64,000 bases of DNA from Octopus vulgaris. Lineage: Eukaryota. The DNA is taken from contig OX597839.1 of NCBI GenBank assembly GCA_951406725.2, forward strand, positions 5,642,001 through 5,706,000. Reading direction: 5' to 3'. A program made the position numbers and the translations under genes. Below, one piece after another: positions 56,933 through 64,000 of this stretch; position 1 is the stretch's first letter, and each line of letters begins with the position of its first letter. The notes beneath the pieces are model-generated. The model was not told the DNA's origin. It ran no database searches and saw only the letters and a list, made by a program, of their open reading frames with translations.

Positions 56933-57673
56933 GGCGCAGAAGTGGCTGTGTGTTAAGTAGCTTGCTTATCAACTACATGGTTCCGGGTTCAGTCCCACTG
57001 CATGGCACCTTAGGCAAGTGTCTTCTGCTTTACCCTCGGGCCCACCAAAGCCTTGTGAGTGGATTTGGTAGGCGGAAAATAAAAGAAGCTCGTCGTATAT
57101 ATGTATGTATATGCATGTGTGTGTATATGTGTTTGTGTTTGGTGAGGGCGCGTGGCTTAGTGGTTAGGGCATTCGGCTCATGATCGTAAGGTTGTGAGTT
57201 CGATTCCCGGCGACGCGTTGTGTCCTTGAGCAAGACACTTTATTTCACGTTGCTCCAGTCCACTCAGCTGGCAAAAATGAGTTGTACTTGTATTTCAAAG
57301 GGTCAGCCTTGTCACTCTCTGTGTCACGCTGATTATCCCCGAGAACTACGTTAAGGGTACACGTGCCTGTGGAATGCTCAGCCATTTGCACGTTAATTTC
57401 ACGAGCAAGCTGTTCCGTTGATCGTATCAGCTGGGACCCTCGTCGTCGTAACCGGCGGAGTCTTTAAAGTGTTTGTGTTTGTCACTAAACATCACTTGAC
57501 AACAGATGCTGGTGTGTTTACGTCCCCGTAACTTAACGGTTCGGCAAAAGAGATCTATAGAATAAATACTAGGTTTACATAGAATAAGTCCTGGGGGTCG
57601 ATTTGCTAAACTAAAGGCGATGCTCCAGCATGGCCGCAGTCAAATGACTGAAACAAGTAAAAGAGTAAAAGAG
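56933..57673 (+). mobile_element. SINE B with nested SINE D (57142-57468; D head + tail type 1)
   Basis: 13-bp TSD gtgtttgtgtttg (57129-57141 / 57469-57481) inside the B internal microsatellite. Confidence 0.9.
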
Positions 57674-57680
57674 TATTTAA

Positions 57681-57901
57681 ATGAAATACAACTTATAAAA
57701 AAGGGCAAAAGAAAATTATTTCTACGCCAATATGCTGATAACAGACTTTTAAATCGTCAATTTCCACATATTATATACCCACTACGTATTTCTGTAGTGG
57801 GTATATAATAACATGTGGAAATTGACGATTTTAAAGTCTGTTACCAGCATATTGGCATAGAAATAATTTTCTTTTGCCCTTGTATATAAGTTGTGTTTCA
57901 T
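57681..57901. repeat. ~220-bp fold-back palindrome
   Basis: ~105-bp arms (about 5 substitutions and a 3-nt indel); 8-nt loop 57786-57793. Confidence 0.92.
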
Positions 57902-58204
57902 ACCAGGCCTTAAAAGAAAAGAGGAAAAAAAAAACATCAACACTGGAGCCGATTCATTCAACTCAAAACCCTTCAAGGCGGTGTCCTAGCAAAATCTCAG
58001 TTTAATGATGGAAACAACTAAAAGATAAAAGATAAGAAAGATTTCTTACAGATAAATGCTATAGAAGAAAACATTTGCCAAGGTGTCACTTTATAATTTT
58101 CCTCGCGATTTACTTGCTTAACGGAACATGAAAACATAATATGAATCATCAAATAAAATGCTACATTGTTCATCAATTTCGTACGCTTTCAATAATATTT
58201 CGAT

Positions 58205-58242
58205 CGCAGATGCGTTTCGATATTACGAGGCTCGTCAGTGCG
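58205..58242 (-). ncRNA. Minimal type I hammerhead motif, stem II eroded
   Basis: CGCA-CUGACGA-G..C-GAAAC-GC-AUC/UGCG; perfect stem I; stem III one change from ACGCGU. Confidence 0.7.
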
Positions 58243-58435
58243 GTTTTAAAGTTTTAAATACTTTACAGCCGTAAGGAAGTAACTCCTTACCCATCACCTT
58301 GATGAAGTCATTTAATCGCTACGGTTTAAACAGAATGCTATACTCATCAATCTCACCCATCTCAGGTTTGGTAGGTTTATGAAAGATAACGCGCTCCATA
58401 CTTCTCGAACATAGGTACGATACTCAGTAGTCACT

Positions 58436-58866
58436 AGGATCTTTTCGGTTTGAACAGCAGTTCATCTAGCGGTGTTATATGAAATTGTCACCCATAATTA
58501 TGACCCTAGTATCGATCTATTGCATTTCAATCTATTTTAGGGTTAGGGTTAGTTAGGGTTAGGGTTAGTATGGGGGAAGGGTATCTTTTTTTCTTCACAG
58601 ATGTAAATAAACCCAATCTGTTTCTTAAACGAGGGACATATTCATACGGCACAGAATGTTTTTTTAACTCAATGGACGTCATTGATTGGTTAAAATTGCA
58701 GAAATTGAAGAAAAAGAACAACAAATATTTTATAAACTATAGAATTTTCTCAATAAAGCCAAGAGAAAAAGATGTTTTATAAACACATTCTACCAGTATA
58801 TGAACTTTAAAATTTTTTAGTTACCTAGAAATTATGTTAAAAACTCGTTTAAACCGAAAAGATCCC
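58436..58866. mobile_element. MITE (PIF/Harbinger-like) with internal TTAGGG-like repeats
   Basis: TIR (g)ggatcttttcggttt / aaaccgaaaagatccc; 3-bp flanking duplication act; superfamily assignment tentative. Confidence 0.8.
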
Positions 58867-59376
58867 ACTGTTAAACCAACACACGTCGAACTAAGACGGT
58901 AAACCAACACGGTCGAACTAACACCCGTCAACTACCCCCTTGAAAGTCCACTCAGTTCTTATTTATTGTGATCGGTTAGTCCACCTCCAGTCACGTGGGG
59001 GGTGTTCAGGATTCTCCCAGAACAATATATATATATACGTGTGTTTGCGTATGTGTACATGAGCGAGTGCGTTAAACGTGTTACACTAGTAAGTGCACTC
59101 TATAGGATAATTAAATTGTGTGTGTCTGTGACAGATTGGCCTTAATATTCCTAATACAGCAATTTCGTTAATTCCGAAAAGAGAGATTGCAGATACTTTA
59201 AGATTTTATTGCTCACGTGAGAGCTTGTCTCTAGAATGAAGTCAACGTATTCCCCAGTGTATATCTGTTTGTACACTCACACATGTAGTCATACACATAC
59301 AAGATACTGAGGGCCCGTATGTATGAATACACATCTCTCTCTCTCCCTATATATACATGCACAGAAATATATACAC

Positions 59377-59514
<138 letters not shown>

Positions 59515-59527
59515 ATATATATATATA

Positions 59528-59572
<45 letters not shown>

Positions 59573-59577
59573 ATATA

Positions 59578-59624
<47 letters not shown>

Positions 59625-59964
59625 GTATATATATGTGTGTGTGTGTATATATAAATGTATACATATATATATATATTTATACACACTTACACACATAGAT
59701 ACATACGTATGTACTGTGTACATAAGTGTGTGTGTGTGTGTGTATTGTGAGAAGACGTATATTATTACAGCTCTAAATTACTTAATTTCCATATCTAAAG
59801 TTTCTATGTACTAAGACGCATACCACAGCCATCGTATATAATTATATATGTACGTCTGCGTGTGCATATATCTATCTATATGTACATTATATATATATGT
59901 GTGTATATATGTATATATATATATATATATGCACATATGTACATATATATATGCATATATATGC

Positions 59965-60005
<41 letters not shown>

Positions 60006-60225
60006 TATATGTATATATTTGTGTGTATGTATATATATATATATGCACACACATGTTTATACACGCACATAAGCATATATACAGATGTACGTCCTCACAT
60101 ACATATATGTAGATACACACATATGTGTACATACAAATGTATAGACAAAGACAAACGCATGCGTGTACATATACACATTCACACATATACACACACACAC
60201 ACAAACACGCTTACACACATATACT

Positions 60226-60293
<68 letters not shown>

Positions 60294-60462
60294 TATGTAT
60301 GTATGTATACATACATTTTGTACACAAACACATGTATAAATTTACATGTTCGTACGAATTCGTTCATCCACGTATGCACATATACATCCATACATACATA
60401 CATACATACATACATACATACATACATACATACATACATACATACATACATACATACATACA

Positions 60463-60493
<31 letters not shown>

Positions 60494-61055
60494 TTTTAAC
60501 CCTTAATTTTTTTATATTTTTACCCTATTGCTTGTCTCAGTTATTCAATTGTGGACATTGTGGGGTTCCTATTTTTAGGGTTTTCAGTCGGGAAAATCGA
60601 CTCCAATACATATTTTATGCCGTTTTCTACTTCTGACATAATTTCCGGTTGCTAACCGGCGTTGTTCTGCCATAAACACAAACTAAAAACATAATTACAA
60701 AAATATTTGTGTACCCAAACACGTACACATACACACACACACACATGTACATCTACATACAGACATATATAAACGTAGCTAGCCTTGTGTGTGTGTGTGT
60801 GTGTTGTGTATACGTCATAAGAAATAGGAAACTTCCAGATTACGTGAAATGATTCGTTTTTAACGGTCGATGCAAATAAAGTTATAAATAATGGCGAATA
60901 AATATTGAGCTAAAAACAACTTTTTTCTAGTCAAAGGGTTCTTTCTTGGGTTCTCCACTTCGAATTCCATCGTTAAAAACTAATTATTTCTTATTATATG
61001 CACGTATATAGCTAGCTAAGGATAAACAGACAGACAGACAGATAGATAGATGACG

Positions 61056-61137
<82 letters not shown>

Positions 61138-61222
61138 CCGGTACGTAGATTGATGGATAGAAAGATAGATAGATAGATAAATAGACAGAGAGAGAGCGAG
61201 ACAGACAGACAGACAGACAGAC

Positions 61223-61291
<69 letters not shown>

Positions 61292-61363
61292 TAAGGAGTA
61301 TTCAGTAAACGCTGTAATATTACCCACATGAAGGTACCGCCTTCAAGAAATTTAGTTTAAAGA

Positions 61364-61412
<49 letters not shown>

Positions 61413-61523
61413 ACACACATATATAACGGGAAAGTTTAAGAAAATAAACGAAATTCGAAGGCAGGTGGAGTACAAACAAACAAATTTATTAGTATAGCGC
61501 TGAGGAATAGAAATAAAAAAAGC

Positions 61524-61559
61524 CTTTTACGTTTCGAGCCTACGCTCTTCGACAGAAAG
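61524..61559 (-). ncRNA. Minimal type I hammerhead motif (A6U) in small element ~61424-61620
   Basis: CUUU-CUGUCGA-A-GAGC-GUAG-GCUC-GAAAC-GUA/AAAG; stem I covaries with 37522 (GUUU/AAAC vs CUUU/AAAG). Confidence 0.75.
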
Positions 61560-61619
61560 ATACACAGAAAAAAACAAGGAGAGAAAAATTGCGTGTAAGA
61601 GCTAACGATCTATCATGGC

Positions 61620-61658
<39 letters not shown>

Positions 61659-61853
61659 AACATGCTCACGACAAGCTTCTTTCAGTTTCCATCTATCCAA
61701 TTCATTGAGGCTACACTTTACTCCAGAGTAGAAGACACCTGTCGAAGATGATACGCTATGGGACTGAACACGGAAGTCTGAGGTTGGAAGCCAACTTCTT
61801 ACCACACAAATATATCATATTTGCACTTAGGTACATACGAATGCAAACGTATT

Positions 61854-61899
<46 letters not shown>

Positions 61900-62429
61900 A
61901 GTACCTTATTTACTGTGGTTAACCCCGAATCAACCCGGGACCTACATATATATATATATTTGCATGTATATATCTCTCCCCTTTATCACCCTGTATATCT
62001 CTCCCTTGCCTCCTTCCCTTCTTAGATACATATACATGTGTGTGTGTGTGTGTGTGAGAGAGTTGTGTGTGTGTGTCAGTCGTGTGTGTGCGTGTGTGTG
62101 TATACAAGCGCACACGCACACATACATTTTCCATAATTATGTGTCTGCATGTTTTCATGCTCATTTACGATTTATTTGTAAATAATTACTGCGCTTTGAT
62201 TTGCTTTGAGATTACATTCACTCATACACACACACACACACATATATATATATGTGTGTATGTATTCTTATCTTTGTGAGTCTGTCTTTGGCGTGGTTTC
62301 TTACTCAGAATCAGGGGAATTATATACAAATGTATTATGGATGTTTAATCACCGTGTTTAATCTGACTCTCTTGCGTACTAACTTTCCCTGACGCACACA
62401 AAGAAACAGAGCTGAAGTGTGTGTGTGAA

Positions 62430-62992
<563 letters not shown>

Positions 62993-63143
62993 TAGAAAGA
63001 GGGAGAGAGAGATACATACATTCTTCCACTGTTTCTACCTCTCCCTGTTCTCTCACCTAGTTCTCTTAGTCACTCATATATTAACACACACGCACACACA
63101 CACACAACATACACACACATACACACGCACTCACAAGGTGCTA

Positions 63144-63181
<38 letters not shown>

Positions 63182-63615
63182 TTCTTTCTCGCTTATTTTT
63201 TTAATGTTTTTTTTTTTCGTAAATTTGTGTTTTATGTTTTTGTCGCCCTTCCGATATTAAATTTTTTTTTTCTGACTGACTTTATATTTTTAATTATTTA
63301 TTAATGTCGTGTTATATTTACACGAGGGGAATTTTTGAAATGCCGAGTGTATCGTATAATGTCCTACTAACTCTTGCCTTGATTTGCAGCTAATTAATAA
63401 AACAGCTATAAAATTAATATATTTCTTTTTAACCCTTCTTTTCTTACTCATTTTGCACATTGATTCTACTTTCAATCATTTTCAACCGTTTTGAGTATCT
63501 AATTATCATTGCTGCTCTTATTGCTCTTGTTGTTGTTATCATCATCATAATTATTAATATCATTAAAGCGGCGTGAGTTAAGGATCGTTAGCACGCCAGG
63601 CAAAATACTTATTTC

Positions 63616-63985
63616 GGGATATTTTCGGTTTGAACGGCAGTTTTTAACATAATTTCTAGGTAACTAAACACTTTTAAACTTCGTATACTGGTAGAATGTG
63701 ATTATAAAACATCTTTTTCTCTTGGATTTATTGAGAAAATTCTATAGTTTGTAAGATATTTGTTGTTTTTTTTTCTTCAATTTCTGCAATTTCAACCAAT
63801 CAGTGACGTCTATTGAGGTTAAAAAACATTCTGTAAATATATCCCTCGTTTAAGAAACAGATTGGGTTTATTTACGTTTCTGAAGAAAAAAAAGAAACCC
63901 TTCCTCCTAACCCTAACCAACCCTAACTAACCCTAACCCTAAAACAGATAGAAATGCAATAGATCGTTACTAAGGTCATAATTAT
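63616..63985. mobile_element. Second, inverted and truncated copy of the TTAGGG-containing MITE
   Basis: gggatattttcggtttgaacggcagtt...ctaaccctaacc; reverse complement of about 58495-58866. Confidence 0.85.
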
Positions 63986-64000
63986 TTTCTTCAATTTCTG

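Noticed and set aside
58537-58568. Telomere or chromosome-fusion scar
   Set aside because: Few units, internal to a TIR element that is present twice in the window

Overview
Repeat-saturated, AT-rich eukaryotic non-coding DNA with no supportable host exon. The microsatellite load and the tRNA-derived SINE families suggest an octopod cephalopod (Octopus) intron or gene desert; this is an inference, not a search result. Almost all listed ORFs are microsatellite or SINE artefacts. Real content: (1) many copies of at least 4 tRNA-headed SINE families, with modular tails, nested insertions and a recurrent 184-bp multimer; (2) relics of RTE/BovB-like, CR1-group, Tx1/L1-like and mariner elements, plus hAT and Harbinger-like MITEs; (3) one 5'-truncated Penelope-like element (PLE; RT + GIY-YIG, two nonsense codons) at ~38.3-40.2 kb. 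The most striking signal, read by eye, is about 16 type-I hammerhead ribozyme motifs (roughly half with an intact core) from several distinct small non-coding elements. Most of these elements end in (TA)n tracts, carry palindromic stem III, and show PLE-type inverted or tandem junctions. In two cases the element boundary falls at the predicted ribozyme cleavage site (45522 exactly, 37348 within 1 nt). This points to a microsatellite-targeted, ribozyme-processed family of mini-retroelements (retrozyme-like) mobilised by a PLE. All folds and alignments are manual and need computational confirmation.
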